Virus record (IMG/VR): IMGVR_UViG_3300042691_041718
Span: 1-64,000 of that record
DNA length: 64,000 nucleotides
Strand: one strand, 5' to 3'
Source of the DNA: a virus
The notes under the pieces were generated by a model. The model saw nothing but the letters and a program-made list of their open reading frames with translations. It did no database searches and was not told where the DNA came from. A program made the position numbers and the translations under genes. Shown here piece by piece: positions 39,689 to 49,820 of this stretch; the stretch's first letter is position 1; each line of letters starts with the position of its first letter.

Positions 39689-39775
39689 ATGGAAAATAAT
39701 TGCGACAACAGATTGGAAATTTCGGGAGATCCTGAAAATTTAAAAAGACTATCAAGAGGAAGAAGATTAATATAA
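39689..39775 (+). pseudogene. 28-aa remnant resembling the DUF1281/Api92-like N-terminus
   Basis: MENNCDNRLEISGDPENLKRL then stop. Confidence 0.4.
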
Positions 39776-39804
39776 AAAACCACTGAATTTCAGTGGTTTT
39801 TTTT
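39774..39804 (+). terminator. Intrinsic terminator
   Basis: AAAAAACCACTGA-AT-TTCAGTGGTTTTTT. Confidence 0.8.
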
Positions 39805-39819
39805 ATTTATATATACAAT

Positions 39820-40032
39820 ATGTATAGTTACATTGAATTTTTAGCATATGTTGGGTCAGTTATAATTTTTATATCTTTTGTTGTAAAAAATGTAAAGTGG
39901 CTTAGAATATTAAATAATATAGGATGTGTCATCTTTTTATTTTACGCCTTTTATCATGGAAGAACACCACTAATTCTTTTGAATAGTGGTGTTATATTAG
40001 TAAATACTTGGCATTTAATTAAGAAGTCTTAG
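39820..40032 (+). CDS. Small membrane protein (YgjV-like)
   Basis: Hydrophobic; LRILNNIGC..F..Y, LN..VI..N. Confidence 0.65.
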   Translation: MYSYIEFLAYVGSVIIFISFVVKNVKWLRILNNIGCVIFLFYAFYHGRTPLILLNSGVILVNTWHLIKKS

Positions 40033-40517
40033 TTTCTCATTATAGAGAATTTATCTTCTGGTTTAACTATATTAAGTTTTTCACAAGCCATCATAAAAGA
40101 GTCCATTATAGAATAAACATCTTCCATTTCTGTTACTTCATAATCTCTAATCTCCCAATTATCTTGATCGTCATCTTCAACATCTTTCAATATTAAAGTA
40201 ATAACATAAGTATCTTCTATAAAAGCTAATCCAGCTTGAGCATAAAAAGTCATACCTTGTACTGGTTTATATGAAGTTGCATAAAAAGCTACAAATCTAT
40301 CTCCATCATGATCGACTAACTGTGACTGAAACTTAGTTAGTATTGGATATTGAATTAAAACATTCTCAACTAATTTATCTGTATTCTCATCACCAGAACT
40401 TAAAGGTATTTTTGTAAAATTTTTAGAAATCTCTTTATCCATTTCTCCCTTTAAATAAGGTATTTCAAATCTTGATTTTAAATCTTCATCATCAAAAAAC
40501 TCAAAAAACTTTTTCAT
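40029..40517 (-). CDS. Hypothetical protein with CTS-like leader
   Basis: Starts MKKFFEFF. Confidence 0.65.
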   Translation of the reverse strand: MKKFFEFFDDEDLKSRFEIPYLKGEMDKEISKNFTKIPLSSGDENTDKLVENVLIQYPILTKFQSQLVDHDGDRFVAFYATSYKPVQGMTFYAQAGLAFIEDTYVITLILKDVEDDDQDNWEIRDYEVTEMEDVYSIMDSFMMACEKLNIVKPEDKFSIMRN

Positions 40518-42433
40518 TATATTTCTTTATTTTTTTCATCTAAATAATCTAAAAGATTATTGATTAAATTATCGGCTCTATCATAAAGTTCTTTATTCTT
40601 TAACTTATTAGCTACATAATAATTAATATTTTTATTTGTATAAAACGTTTCTATTAAATTATCAGGAACCCAAACTCCAGAATATTTAAGTTGCATTACG
40701 AATGGCATTACGACATTTTTGGCATTATTTGAAAAACCATCATCAAATACATCGGAATATGATTCTGGTAATTCTTTACCCTCATAATCATCAGCACCGT
40801 CATCACCATGTGCGTAAAATCCACCAACTTTACCTTCTAAATGATTTCTTAGAAGATTGTCATATTTACCAGACTTAGCGAACTTACCAGTAACTTCTGA
40901 TCTTTTAATATTATCAGAACCCATTAGTTTCTTGGCATCATCAATTGTAAGAGTTTGATTAACACTGACCAATCTATCAAAAAGAGTTTTAACTTGTGAT
41001 GATAAGGAGTGCCAGTGTATTGGAGAAAATACTAAAAAAGCATCAGCCTCTTGTAGTAATTCATAAACATTTAACTCTGAAAGTAAATCAGGTTCTTTCA
41101 TCCCTTTGAAATAACAACTACAAGGAAAGTGACAATTGTGAACTTCTATACCTTCACATATAAATTTATGTGATTTTGAAACAGATATATCATAAACATT
41201 TGATCTACCAATTTCTTCTATTTTTTCGACTTTACCATAATAGTCATAATTTTTAGATTTTCTATAAGAAATTTTTTTAAATTTATAATCCTTATTAAAT
41301 ATTCCTATTTTTTCCATAAAAATATTAGCATTAAGGCCACTTATAACTAACATAGATGCTCTTTTTATAAATTTATTAAACCTAAAAGTTTCTATATGAT
41401 CCAAATAGGTTATAGATGATTTTATACCAAATTTAGAAAGTAGCAATTGACAATCTCTTAAAGAATCTTTACTAACACTTGTTAGATTTATTTCATAATA
41501 ATCGTTTCCTCTATTATTTCTTTTAATAATTGATCCATCACTAGCAAACCAACCATTTAAAAAATTAGAAACTTGACTTTTTGATGAATTCATTATGGAT
41601 TCTGGAATTCTTCGATCATATATATTCTTGTTTTTTTCTTCAAATATAAGATTGTTGATAAATAAATTGGTTTCATTGTCATTAAATTTTATCCATTTAA
41701 CTTCGGTATTTTTTGATATAACTCCCTTCTCAGAAATTGAGATATTAAAATTATTAGATAGTTTTTCAATTAGAATTTCATCTCTTACATCATAACATAA
41801 TTTAAGTCTTTTATGATGAACCGCTCCATCTCCCCATAATAAGCCACATAAAAGATATTTATCTAAATTTGATTCATCTTCTTTAAATTCACCAGTAAAT
41901 TTAAATGGTATTCTATCACCGGTTTTTAGATTCTTAACATCGATCCATTCTTCAGTATATCCTTTTAGTTTTTTTTTATTATTATTTTTGTAAATAGGAT
42001 TTATTACTTTTATAGGATGATTATCAGTTAATTTTATTTTTCTTCCGTCGCTTGTTGTAACCTCATATATAATAGAATTATCACCGGTTTTCATAAAATT
42101 ATAAACGGTTCCGGTTGATAATTCATCTCCTATTAAGATATCTTCAATTTTTTTATATCCATATTTAGTCTCAACTCTCTCACCTTCTGCGATACAATGA
42201 AATCCGCCAGCAGTTGAAACACAACCCTTACAAGGTTGTATATTTGGTTTTTTAGATTTATTTACAGATAAATCAATAACTTTTATTTCTAAAAATGGAG
42301 ACCATTTTTCTATAACATACTCAATTACTTTGTGAGTTTTTGATTCCATATTAGGACAAGTATCAGGATCTCTAGGTGATCCTTGAAAAATCAATACTTT
42401 CCATTTTTTATCTCCGAGTTTTCTTATCTTCAT
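40517..42433 (-). CDS. NAD(P)H-dependent FMN reductase / iron-sulfur flavoprotein family, intein-containing
   Basis: FQGSPR, CKGC..C..C.C, ADAFLVFSPIHW..S...K.LFDRL. Confidence 0.85.
   Translation of the reverse strand: MKIRKLGDKKWKVLIFQGSPRDPDTCPNMESKTHKVIEYVIEKWSPFLEIKVIDLSVNKSKKPNIQPCKGCVSTAGGFHCIAEGERVETKYGYKKIEDILIGDELSTGTVYNFMKTGDNSIIYEVTTSDGRKIKLTDNHPIKVINPIYKNNNKKKLKGYTEEWIDVKNLKTGDRIPFKFTGEFKEDESNLDKYLLCGLLWGDGAVHHKRLKLCYDVRDEILIEKLSNNFNISISEKGVISKNTEVKWIKFNDNETNLFINNLIFEEKNKNIYDRRIPESIMNSSKSQVSNFLNGWFASDGSIIKRNNRGNDYYEINLTSVSKDSLRDCQLLLSKFGIKSSITYLDHIETFRFNKFIKRASMLVISGLNANIFMEKIGIFNKDYKFKKISYRKSKNYDYYGKVEKIEEIGRSNVYDISVSKSHKFICEGIEVHNCHFPCSCYFKGMKEPDLLSELNVYELLQEADAFLVFSPIHWHSLSSQVKTLFDRLVSVNQTLTIDDAKKLMGSDNIKRSEVTGKFAKSGKYDNLLRNHLEGKVGGFYAHGDDGADDYEGKELPESYSDVFDDGFSNNAKNVVMPFVMQLKYSGVWVPDNLIETFYTNKNINYYVANKLKNKELYDRADNLINNLLDYLDEKNKEI
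41135..42196 (-). mobile_element. Intein (354 aa) with LAGLIDADG homing endonuclease
   Basis: N-terminus CIAEGERV, block B TDNHP, LCGLLWGDG and FLNGWFASDG, block F VYDISV, C-terminus VHN then +1 Cys. Confidence 0.95.
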
Positions 42434-42478
42434 ATTTTATATATTAAAATTAAGAATTCTATTTTTAATATATAATCT

Positions 42479-43816
42479 ATGGACTATATAAGAGACTATA
42501 AATCATTTGTAAAATCTGTTAGAAAACAGGTTCCAATTATTGAAAAGCAGATATTTAATGACTTCTCAAATTCGATATGGGAAATGAGTTTAAGATCATC
42601 TATATTCACTAACGAAGAAAAATTATTCATTAAAGAGAATTTAATAAGTCATAAAATTGATTTATTGAAAGAAGAATTTGGAATTAAAGATTTCTTTAAA
42701 ACAGTTTATGATAATGGTAAAAAGGTTGGTGGTAAAATGTTTTCTACTATAAAAGAAAAACTTTTAAAGATTAAAGAAGGTATGAAGTCTTTAATATCAG
42801 GTGTTGTAAAGTTTTTTGAAGCAATTATAAAAGTTCTTTTAAATATTAGTCAAAACAATGTTAAGAACATAACAACTCAATTCAAACAACCAATTGACAA
42901 GAAAATAGTTGAGTTGATAACTCAGAAGAAAATAGACAAAGAAGAATTAAAAAGTGATTTATCAAACATTAAACAAACAACTGACTTTTTAAAAACAAAG
43001 TTTGTTTCATCATTCAATAAAAAAATTGAAACGGTAGATGATAAAGTTATCTCAGATGCTGAAGCTGAAGTTTCAAATATAGAAGATGAATTAAAATTAG
43101 AATCATTTGATATTCTTAAAAGTTTTTACTCAATAAATGAGGATTTTAAAGTAGGTGATAAAGTTTCTTATACAAGGGATAATGGTGAAACTGCTGAGAA
43201 AGAAATTTTTAAAATTGATGGTGATACTATAACTTTCAAAGATAAAGACGGAAATGAGTTTACTAAAAATGTTGGTGATGTTAAGGCTGTTAAAAGTGTT
43301 TCTGATAAAGTTTTAGATGCTAAAGATTGGTTTATGAAATGGTTTTTAGATATGAAACAAACCTCACCACCAGAGGAAGGAAAAACTAAATGGTGGATGA
43401 AATTAGTATTGAAAGTTATTCTTTTGTTATTAGCGCCTATGAAAGCTTTAATCTCAACTTCTATAAATTTAATATCTAAAAATGCAGCAAAAGGTCTTTC
43501 AAATTTTGTAAAAGCATTAGGTGGTCCGGGTGTGTTTGAATTCGCAGCATTAAACGCTGTTATATTAGGTATTCCTAATTTAATTGATTCACCAAGTAAA
43601 GTTATATTTACTCAGTTTGGAGTTTCTCAATTAGAGGAACCTTGGAATTTGGTATTTAAGTTATTCTCTAAGTTAATAGTAGATATTTCTGGAATGGATT
43701 CTGTTATTAAGATATTTGGTTTGATTTGTTTACTATTAGTTTTAGAAGGATTGATTTCATCTTACTTCAAAAAAGAAGGTGTTGAAATTAATTTAGAGAA
43801 GAAACCACAGAGTTAG
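42479..43816 (+). CDS. Putative virion/membrane protein
   Basis: Late-type promoter, coiled-coil middle, hydrophobic C-terminal helices. Confidence 0.6.
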   Translation: MDYIRDYKSFVKSVRKQVPIIEKQIFNDFSNSIWEMSLRSSIFTNEEKLFIKENLISHKIDLLKEEFGIKDFFKTVYDNGKKVGGKMFSTIKEKLLKIKEGMKSLISGVVKFFEAIIKVLLNISQNNVKNITTQFKQPIDKKIVELITQKKIDKEELKSDLSNIKQTTDFLKTKFVSSFNKKIETVDDKVISDAEAEVSNIEDELKLESFDILKSFYSINEDFKVGDKVSYTRDNGETAEKEIFKIDGDTITFKDKDGNEFTKNVGDVKAVKSVSDKVLDAKDWFMKWFLDMKQTSPPEEGKTKWWMKLVLKVILLLLAPMKALISTSINLISKNAAKGLSNFVKALGGPGVFEFAALNAVILGIPNLIDSPSKVIFTQFGVSQLEEPWNLVFKLFSKLIVDISGMDSVIKIFGLICLLLVLEGLISSYFKKEGVEINLEKKPQS

Positions 43817-44085
43817 TCTATGGATTTCAATAAATCTTCTAGTCTTTTATCTCTCAAGTAAGGTATAAAATCTTTTTTTGTGAATTTATGATGTCCTTTT
43901 ATTTCCATTTTTATATTAGGATCTTTTCGACTTGTTAAGTTAAAATAGTAAACAGTCTCAACAACATCATTTAAAATAGCAATTTTATTTATTTTAAGAT
44001 CCTTGACATCTAAATATGGATTTTCAGATGATGATTTTTTATAACATAATTCGTGTATATACTGTTCAATAATTTCCTTGTTCAT
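43813..44085 (-). CDS. Hypothetical protein with C-terminal RDxRL tag
   Basis: LRDKRLEDLL. Confidence 0.65.
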   Translation of the reverse strand: MNKEIIEQYIHELCYKKSSSENPYLDVKDLKINKIAILNDVVETVYYFNLTSRKDPNIKMEIKGHHKFTKKDFIPYLRDKRLEDLLKSID

Positions 44086-44447
44086 TATTTAACTCCATAA
44101 ATTTTCTCTCTAACAATAGAGTTTAAAATCTCTTCGATTTCTTTAGTAAGTTCAACTTCTTCACCATCAATTTCTAAAGATAAGATATCAAAACTATCAT
44201 CTTCAATAACAGCTGAATAAGAAGCTGGTGTCCAGTAGTCTCCAGGACAACCTGTAATATAACCGGAAATATTTTGTTCGAATTTAATATCAACACAGAT
44301 ATCATCTTCATTATCTAAGTAGATATAACCCTCTTCAGAAACATACGTTGTATCTTCATCAATATAATCAGAAAAATCTTTAGATGGAATAAATTGTCCT
44401 TCTACGTATTTTAATTTTGAAATGTCGATGTTGTTGATAGTTGTCAT
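44085..44447 (-). CDS. Acidic hypothetical protein
   Basis: 120 aa; TATATTTG promoter at 44475..44468. Confidence 0.65.
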   Translation of the reverse strand: MTTINNIDISKLKYVEGQFIPSKDFSDYIDEDTTYVSEEGYIYLDNEDDICVDIKFEQNISGYITGCPGDYWTPASYSAVIEDDSFDILSLEIDGEEVELTKEIEEILNSIVREKIYGVK

Positions 44448-44530
44448 ATGTCTTATTATTTATATAACAAATATAAGGCATAAGTTTAACTCCACCAAAT
44501 AATGATGGAGTTATTTTTAGTATTTTTTTA

Positions 44531-44878
44531 CTACCCGGCTATTTTCTTAATCTCACCAAAGACTGATTTCCTCGGAACTCTTTGTTTTTCTTGAGGTACT
44601 GGATTATTTTGAATTACACCTACTGGTCCTGATGTACCCATATTACCAGATTTTCCTGAAATTCCGGTACCCCAATCAACTTTCGACCCAACCGCAGTAA
44701 CAATTGGTTTGGTATGTAATTCAACCAACTTATTCCAAATATCATTGAAACTATCCTGGTTTATACCAGCCTGCCTCAAATATTCAAATACCGGGACTTT
44801 TCCAATTTGTTCTAATGATTTACCAGATGCTGTAACAGCATCTGATAATTCTTGTATTGCTTTTTTAACAGTTATCAT
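44531..44878 (-). CDS. Hypothetical protein
   Basis: 115-aa ORF. Confidence 0.6.
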   Translation of the reverse strand: MITVKKAIQELSDAVTASGKSLEQIGKVPVFEYLRQAGINQDSFNDIWNKLVELHTKPIVTAVGSKVDWGTGISGKSGNMGTSGPVGVIQNNPVPQEKQRVPRKSVFGEIKKIAG

Positions 44879-44880
44879 AA

Positions 44881-45348
44881 TTATTTTAATACAGTTATTT
44901 TATCAAATCCTTCTTCTTTGGTTGGTGATTGATAAGAGTTAAGCATAGTTCTTAAAACTGCTAATGGTATTGATTTGTTTTCGTTAACAGTTCTTATTTT
45001 ATTTCTTCTATCATATTCTTCGTTTGATAAAACGGGGAATACAACTGCTTCTTTGTAGAAGTCAGTGAAATATTTAAGAGTTGATCTTCTTCTTTTAGAA
45101 GTCATGTTAGTCATATCTATGATAACATCTTCGTTTGATTTAGAAGCATCTAATAAGCGTTCGTCTAATATTCGATTAACTTCTTTTTGATTAACTTCAT
45201 TAAAAGCTTTATTATAATCGTTAGATCCATGTACTTCTAAAACTATATCATCTCTAGATATAACTTTAGTGTTTGGGTAGTTTTCTCTTACCCAAGTTGA
45301 TTTACCTGACATTGGTACTCCAATCAATATAAATATTTTAGCTTTCAT
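44881..45348 (-). CDS. Polynucleotide kinase-like P-loop protein (AAA_33)
   Basis: GVPMSGKST, SRDD, IIDMTN....RR. Confidence 0.85.
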   Translation of the reverse strand: MKAKIFILIGVPMSGKSTWVRENYPNTKVISRDDIVLEVHGSNDYNKAFNEVNQKEVNRILDERLLDASKSNEDVIIDMTNMTSKRRRSTLKYFTDFYKEAVVFPVLSNEEYDRRNKIRTVNENKSIPLAVLRTMLNSYQSPTKEEGFDKITVLK

Positions 45349-45364
45349 AATACAAATATAATAA

Positions 45365-46135
45365 TTATTTTTTAGCAATCAAAAGTTTAACTCTGTTATT
45401 TCCGGTTGATAAACAACGATGGTATCCATCAATCAATCTATAATTATCTCCTTTTTTAATGGCAACACCTCTTATTAACTTAGTTAATACCGTGTTATAA
45501 TTTTTATCATCATAGAAATATCCTCTGTATTTTACAGATCCTTTCTCAATCTCTTTTTTACATTTTTTTACATGATGTTCACTACCAAAAATAATTTTAT
45601 CCAAATCAACAATTTCTAATGACCATTCACTTTCTTTTAATTCAGGTAGAATTTTATTATATTCTAATTTTAAGAGATACTCAACTCGTTCACCTAAAGG
45701 TTCAATTGAAAGAGCTTTAATTATCTCTGAGTTTAATTCATCACAGATATTTTGTTTAAGTAAAATATCTTCGATTTCTTGACCATAATATCCACCACAA
45801 ATATCAACATCCCAAGAATTCGGATCATATACTTTCCATTTTCTAAGAATACGATCTATCATATAAAGATCCATATCTTTTCCATAACCATTTAGCAAAA
45901 GATCTAACTTAACATTTCTCTTTATTGATAAATCATTATCACCATCATTGATAGTATCATAAATAATATTTGATATACGAGTAATATCAACATCTGTGAT
46001 ATAAACATCTGTTATCATACCACAACGACATATACCTTCATCATGGCATCCATTATTCTCACAATCATATGTGACATTGTGATCTTCACTAACACCATTA
46101 TAATAGAAGTTAATATCTCTTAAATTAAATATCAT
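45365..46135 (-). CDS. Hypothetical protein with ParB/Srx-like C-terminus
   Basis: YRLIDGYHR; N-terminal Cys cluster CENNGCHDEGICRC. Confidence 0.55.
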   Translation of the reverse strand: MIFNLRDINFYYNGVSEDHNVTYDCENNGCHDEGICRCGMITDVYITDVDITRISNIIYDTINDGDNDLSIKRNVKLDLLLNGYGKDMDLYMIDRILRKWKVYDPNSWDVDICGGYYGQEIEDILLKQNICDELNSEIIKALSIEPLGERVEYLLKLEYNKILPELKESEWSLEIVDLDKIIFGSEHHVKKCKKEIEKGSVKYRGYFYDDKNYNTVLTKLIRGVAIKKGDNYRLIDGYHRCLSTGNNRVKLLIAKK

Positions 46136-46436
46136 CTTTTTTTCTCACTTTATAGAATTTACCACCAATGTTTTTTACAACATAGACTTTATTACTTTTA
46201 ATTTTTTGCCAAATCTCTTTTATCTCACCACCTTTTAAATCATGCCAACCACTATTTACAACTTCATCTAAAGCATATGGGTACCAAGCATTAATTCTAT
46301 TAATTTTTTTCTTAGTGGTTAATACTGGTTCATCAAGATATAAAAATTTAACACTAGGATCTAATCCTAATTTAGTTTCATAATCTTTATAAAGTCTTTT
46401 AATGTTTGCTACTAAGTGAGCCTTTAAAAAATTCAT
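46125..46436 (-). CDS. Hypothetical protein
   Basis: 103-aa ORF. Confidence 0.6.
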   Translation of the reverse strand: MNFLKAHLVANIKRLYKDYETKLGLDPSVKFLYLDEPVLTTKKKINRINAWYPYALDEVVNSGWHDLKGGEIKEIWQKIKSNKVYVVKNIGGKFYKVRKKDDI

Positions 46437-46810
46437 AGTAAATGTTTTTTAGCGTTATTTAAATAACTTTCAATATTTACTTTACCAACAGTATTAGCCG
46501 AATGTACAACAAAATCTGGTAATGATTTTTTGTTATCAAAACACCAATCAACTAACCATTTTGCTGCCTCATATCCAGTTTTTTCTTTATAATCATTATA
46601 GTTAACGTCACTAACATAGTGTTCGTCAGCTAAATCATGATCGAAAGAAATAAAGTCTGGTAATCCAAACTTTTGGATATAATTACAGAACTCCCAAAAG
46701 TTTCTAACGATAGTCCAGTCGTTAGCCCAATAAAATTGGTTTAAATTATCTGGAACAAATCCGATAGAGTCTTTTGGTATTCTTAAATCGTCTAAGTATA
46801 ATTTTTTCAT
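46433..46810 (-). CDS. Cyclic-phosphate-processing Receiver-like domain protein (second copy)
   Basis: KLYLDDLRIP, SFDHDL, TGYEAAKWL, VHSAN.VG. Confidence 0.8.
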   Translation of the reverse strand: MKKLYLDDLRIPKDSIGFVPDNLNQFYWANDWTIVRNFWEFCNYIQKFGLPDFISFDHDLADEHYVSDVNYNDYKEKTGYEAAKWLVDWCFDNKKSLPDFVVHSANTVGKVNIESYLNNAKKHLL

Positions 46811-47011
46811 TAGTCTAAATAAATATCATAGTATTCAGTTGCACAGAAATCTAATAAAACAGCTTGTGACATATAATGTTCATATAAGTCTAAATTATCA
46901 GTTTCTAATTGTGTGATTAAGAAGTTAGCGTAAATTTGAAGAACAGGTCTTAATGCTTTAATAAAAAGTGATTTCATAATATTTTTTTTTAGAGTTATTT
47001 ACAAATATACA

Positions 47012-47464
47012 TTAAACTTTATAATTATCCAAAAACTTTATTTCTAATTTAGTTAGATTTTCAATACCAATTTGATTTATTCTATCTAAAATAGTATCTA
47101 TGTCTAAATTTTGATTTATCCATTCTTCTAACTTCATTTTAAAGGTATTGAATCGATGTCTATTTAAAGGATTTATATAATCTTTTAAATGTTCTTGAAT
47201 GTCTAGTCCATTTAAAAGATCCTTAGTTATATTTTTTAATTTAAAACGAATAAAATTTTCATCAAGTATTTTAGCATATCTATCTAAATCTTCTTTAGTT
47301 ATTATCAAAAATAAATTAAATTGTTCTAATTTATCATTAAATTCAAAATAACCATCTGGTAAAATATTTGCAATTGTTTCTTTTTCGTGCTCAGATAATT
47401 TTGAGTACTCATTGTTCAATTCATATGAATTTTGTGTAAATATCATTTTAAATACTTGATACAT
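47012..47464 (-). CDS. Hypothetical protein
   Basis: C-terminal IDTILDRINQIGIENLT..E..FL helical motif. Confidence 0.65.
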   Translation of the reverse strand: MYQVFKMIFTQNSYELNNEYSKLSEHEKETIANILPDGYFEFNDKLEQFNLFLIITKEDLDRYAKILDENFIRFKLKNITKDLLNGLDIQEHLKDYINPLNRHRFNTFKMKLEEWINQNLDIDTILDRINQIGIENLTKLEIKFLDNYKV

Positions 47465-47501
47465 AAGCTATATATAAAAACATGTAACATCATGATATAA
47501 A

Positions 47502-47753
47502 TTAATCTAATAATTTATTAATTTTATCATCTCTTTCTTGTCTTTTTTCGTATAATTCTATTTCTTTTATGTTAAGTCTATACCACATTTTAAAATCTGA
47601 TATGTAATAAACAAATTCATCCTCACCAGAGGAATCGTCTTTGTAACAAGTTGATCCAAACATGAATTCTTGAAAGCTTTTGTAAAACTCTCTAGGAATT
47701 TCTGATTCTCTTACATCGTATTTGTTATTGTATATTTCAGTTAGTGTTCTCAT
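47502..47753 (-). CDS. Hypothetical protein with C-terminal RDxKI tag
   Basis: ERDDKINKLLD. Confidence 0.7.
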   Translation of the reverse strand: MRTLTEIYNNKYDVRESEIPREFYKSFQEFMFGSTCYKDDSSGEDEFVYYISDFKMWYRLNIKEIELYEKRQERDDKINKLLD

Positions 47754-48081
47754 TGTCTAAAATTTCGTTTAGTTTTCTATCTCTATCTTCTTGTGTTGTT
47801 ACATTTAATCCACTTTCCCATTTAGATTTATAATCTAAAATGAATTTTTTACCAACTTCAATTTCATTTACTTTTAACCCATATCTTTTAATATCATCAA
47901 AAGTTGGTTTTGTATTTCCATAGGTACATATTTCAGCCGTTAATGATATTTCATTGTTTTTAGAAATATAAGATATAACAAAATATTCCCAAGTTACTTT
48001 TTTGGTATCAAAAATACCATAAACTCCTAATTTATTATGATCTTTTATATCAGAATCATAAAGAACTCTACCTTTTATCAT
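47737..48081 (-). CDS. Hypothetical protein with C-terminal RDxKL tag
   Basis: DRDRKLNEIL. Confidence 0.7.
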   Translation of the reverse strand: MIKGRVLYDSDIKDHNKLGVYGIFDTKKVTWEYFVISYISKNNEISLTAEICTYGNTKPTFDDIKRYGLKVNEIEVGKKFILDYKSKWESGLNVTTQEDRDRKLNEILDNENTN

Positions 48082-48356
48082 TTTAATAAATCGTTTAGTT
48101 TGTTGTCTCTAATAATTGATTTTAAAAAATCATCTGGATCACCTTTGTACTCTACTCTATATTGAATAGTTGAATTTATGTTTATTGTAATTATAGGGTT
48201 AATATCTTTAAACTTCAAAGTATCGATTGAATCGTAACTTTCTATAATAACACTATCAACAAATTCAACGTATCTAGGAAATTCATCTTGTTGACTTTTT
48301 ATATTTTCTCTTGAAATTGAAACTATATTATCTTTGTTTGTTTTTAGATAAATCAT
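48078..48356 (-). CDS. Hypothetical protein with C-terminal RDxKL tag
   Basis: IRDNKLNDLLK. Confidence 0.7.
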   Translation of the reverse strand: MIYLKTNKDNIVSISRENIKSQQDEFPRYVEFVDSVIIESYDSIDTLKFKDINPIITININSTIQYRVEYKGDPDDFLKSIIRDNKLNDLLK

Positions 48357-48501
48357 CTTCCAAAATTTTCTTTTTTTTATCGTAAAAAATAGTTAATTCA
48401 TCAATCCATCTTTTTACGATAGCAGCTCTTTCGTAATCCTCCTTCTCTAATAATTCTTGAAGCCTTCTTTCAAGAAAAATTATATCCCCATTCTTAGCCA
48501 T
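48328..48501 (-). CDS. Small UVR (UvrB/UvrC motif) domain protein, 57 aa
   Basis: LQELLEKEDYERAAIVKRWIDEL, hand-translated. Confidence 0.7.
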   Translation of the reverse strand: MAKNGDIIFLERRLQELLEKEDYERAAIVKRWIDELTIFYDKKKKILEDDLSKNKQR

Positions 48502-48541
48502 ATAAAAACTTTTGTTTATATATATTATAGTATTAAAAAGT

Positions 48542-48573
48542 GAAAAAGACTGATTTTTAGATCAGTCTTTTTC
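48542..48573 (-). terminator. Intrinsic terminator
   Basis: GAAAAAGACTGAT..ATCAGTCTTTTTC. Confidence 0.8.
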
Positions 48574-48584
48574 ATTAGTTATTA

Positions 48585-49820
48585 TTAGAAAGAGTCACAG
48601 TAACCACCCCAAGCTCCCCAATCATATTCATCATCAGTTTTACTTGGTAAGTTTCCACCAGGAGTAACTGTTGCTTCACCTAAATCATCACCATTTGAGT
48701 AGTCTAATTCAGGTAAGTACTCTAACAAGTCGTTACGTGTACAATCTGTTTTGTGGTTCAATTTGTAGTAAACTGTTAATTTGAAACCATCCCATTCAGT
48801 ATCAATATACTCAATATCCAATGATACAAGTAAATCTTCAATTAAGTTTTGCTCATAAGAGATACGCTCTTTACATAAATCAACTGACACAACTTTCTTA
48901 GATAAAGATTCAATCTCTACTTTAGACAAGTAGTTGTATTTTCTATCGTGGAACCAAACATTTTCTGTTTTAACTTTACTCACACTTGTAGAATTCCAAG
49001 AAGATGTGTAACTTCTACCATATCCATAACCGTAATCATCATCCCAGTAAGATCCGTAGCTTTTGTATGATTTATATTCTGTAACAGAAGGGTCACGTTT
49101 AACTGGAAGTTCAGCCCAATTTACTTTTAAACAAGCTTCAGCTAATTTTGTTAAGTGATCAATATCTTGTCTTTCGGAAAAAGTGTGTTCACTATAATAA
49201 CCAACTGAAATGTTTGTACACTCTGGATAGATTGAGATAAATTGTACAGAGTCAGTTAAAACACCAGTATCGTCATTTTTATAATCAAATGTTGATTCAA
49301 CTTCATTGAATTGTTTAGAAAGAGCTTCACCGAATTCTTCTGAACAACAACGTCTAGAAGTTTGGTGTGTGATAATTGAAGAAGTACCACGTCTATCAAA
49401 AGAAACAACTTTGTTAATACCTTCAATTTTTTCTTTCTTTTGAACTTCAGCAACTTTCTTAGAACCGATACAACCAACTTCTTCACCTAAGAAAAAGTAG
49501 TAAAGACCTGGGATGTTGTTTTTAATCATATACAACATAATAGTCACACCAGCTTTATCATCAGCACCTAAGATAGAAGTACCATCTGTTTTGATTATGT
49601 TTTCTTCAATAACGTGTTTTACTGGAGATAAAGCGGAAGTAGCAGTATCTAAGTGTGATGTAAACATCACGTCACTCTCACCTATCTTAATAAAGAGGTT
49701 ACCGAATTCATCAGTTTGTAAACCATCAACAGTAGAATGTAGAATTGGAAACAATTGTTCTTCTGTACCATTTGGATATGTTCTTGATGTTAATTCTAAA
49801 AATTTCTCTTTGATATTCAT
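48585..49820 (-). CDS. M28/M20-family zinc peptidase
   Basis: SHLDT, LGADDKAG, GEEVGC, SFDRRG, NISVGY..EHT. Confidence 0.88.
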   Translation of the reverse strand: MNIKEKFLELTSRTYPNGTEEQLFPILHSTVDGLQTDEFGNLFIKIGESDVMFTSHLDTATSALSPVKHVIEENIIKTDGTSILGADDKAGVTIMLYMIKNNIPGLYYFFLGEEVGCIGSKKVAEVQKKEKIEGINKVVSFDRRGTSSIITHQTSRRCCSEEFGEALSKQFNEVESTFDYKNDDTGVLTDSVQFISIYPECTNISVGYYSEHTFSERQDIDHLTKLAEACLKVNWAELPVKRDPSVTEYKSYKSYGSYWDDDYGYGYGRSYTSSWNSTSVSKVKTENVWFHDRKYNYLSKVEIESLSKKVVSVDLCKERISYEQNLIEDLLVSLDIEYIDTEWDGFKLTVYYKLNHKTDCTRNDLLEYLPELDYSNGDDLGEATVTPGGNLPSKTDDEYDWGAWGGYCDSF

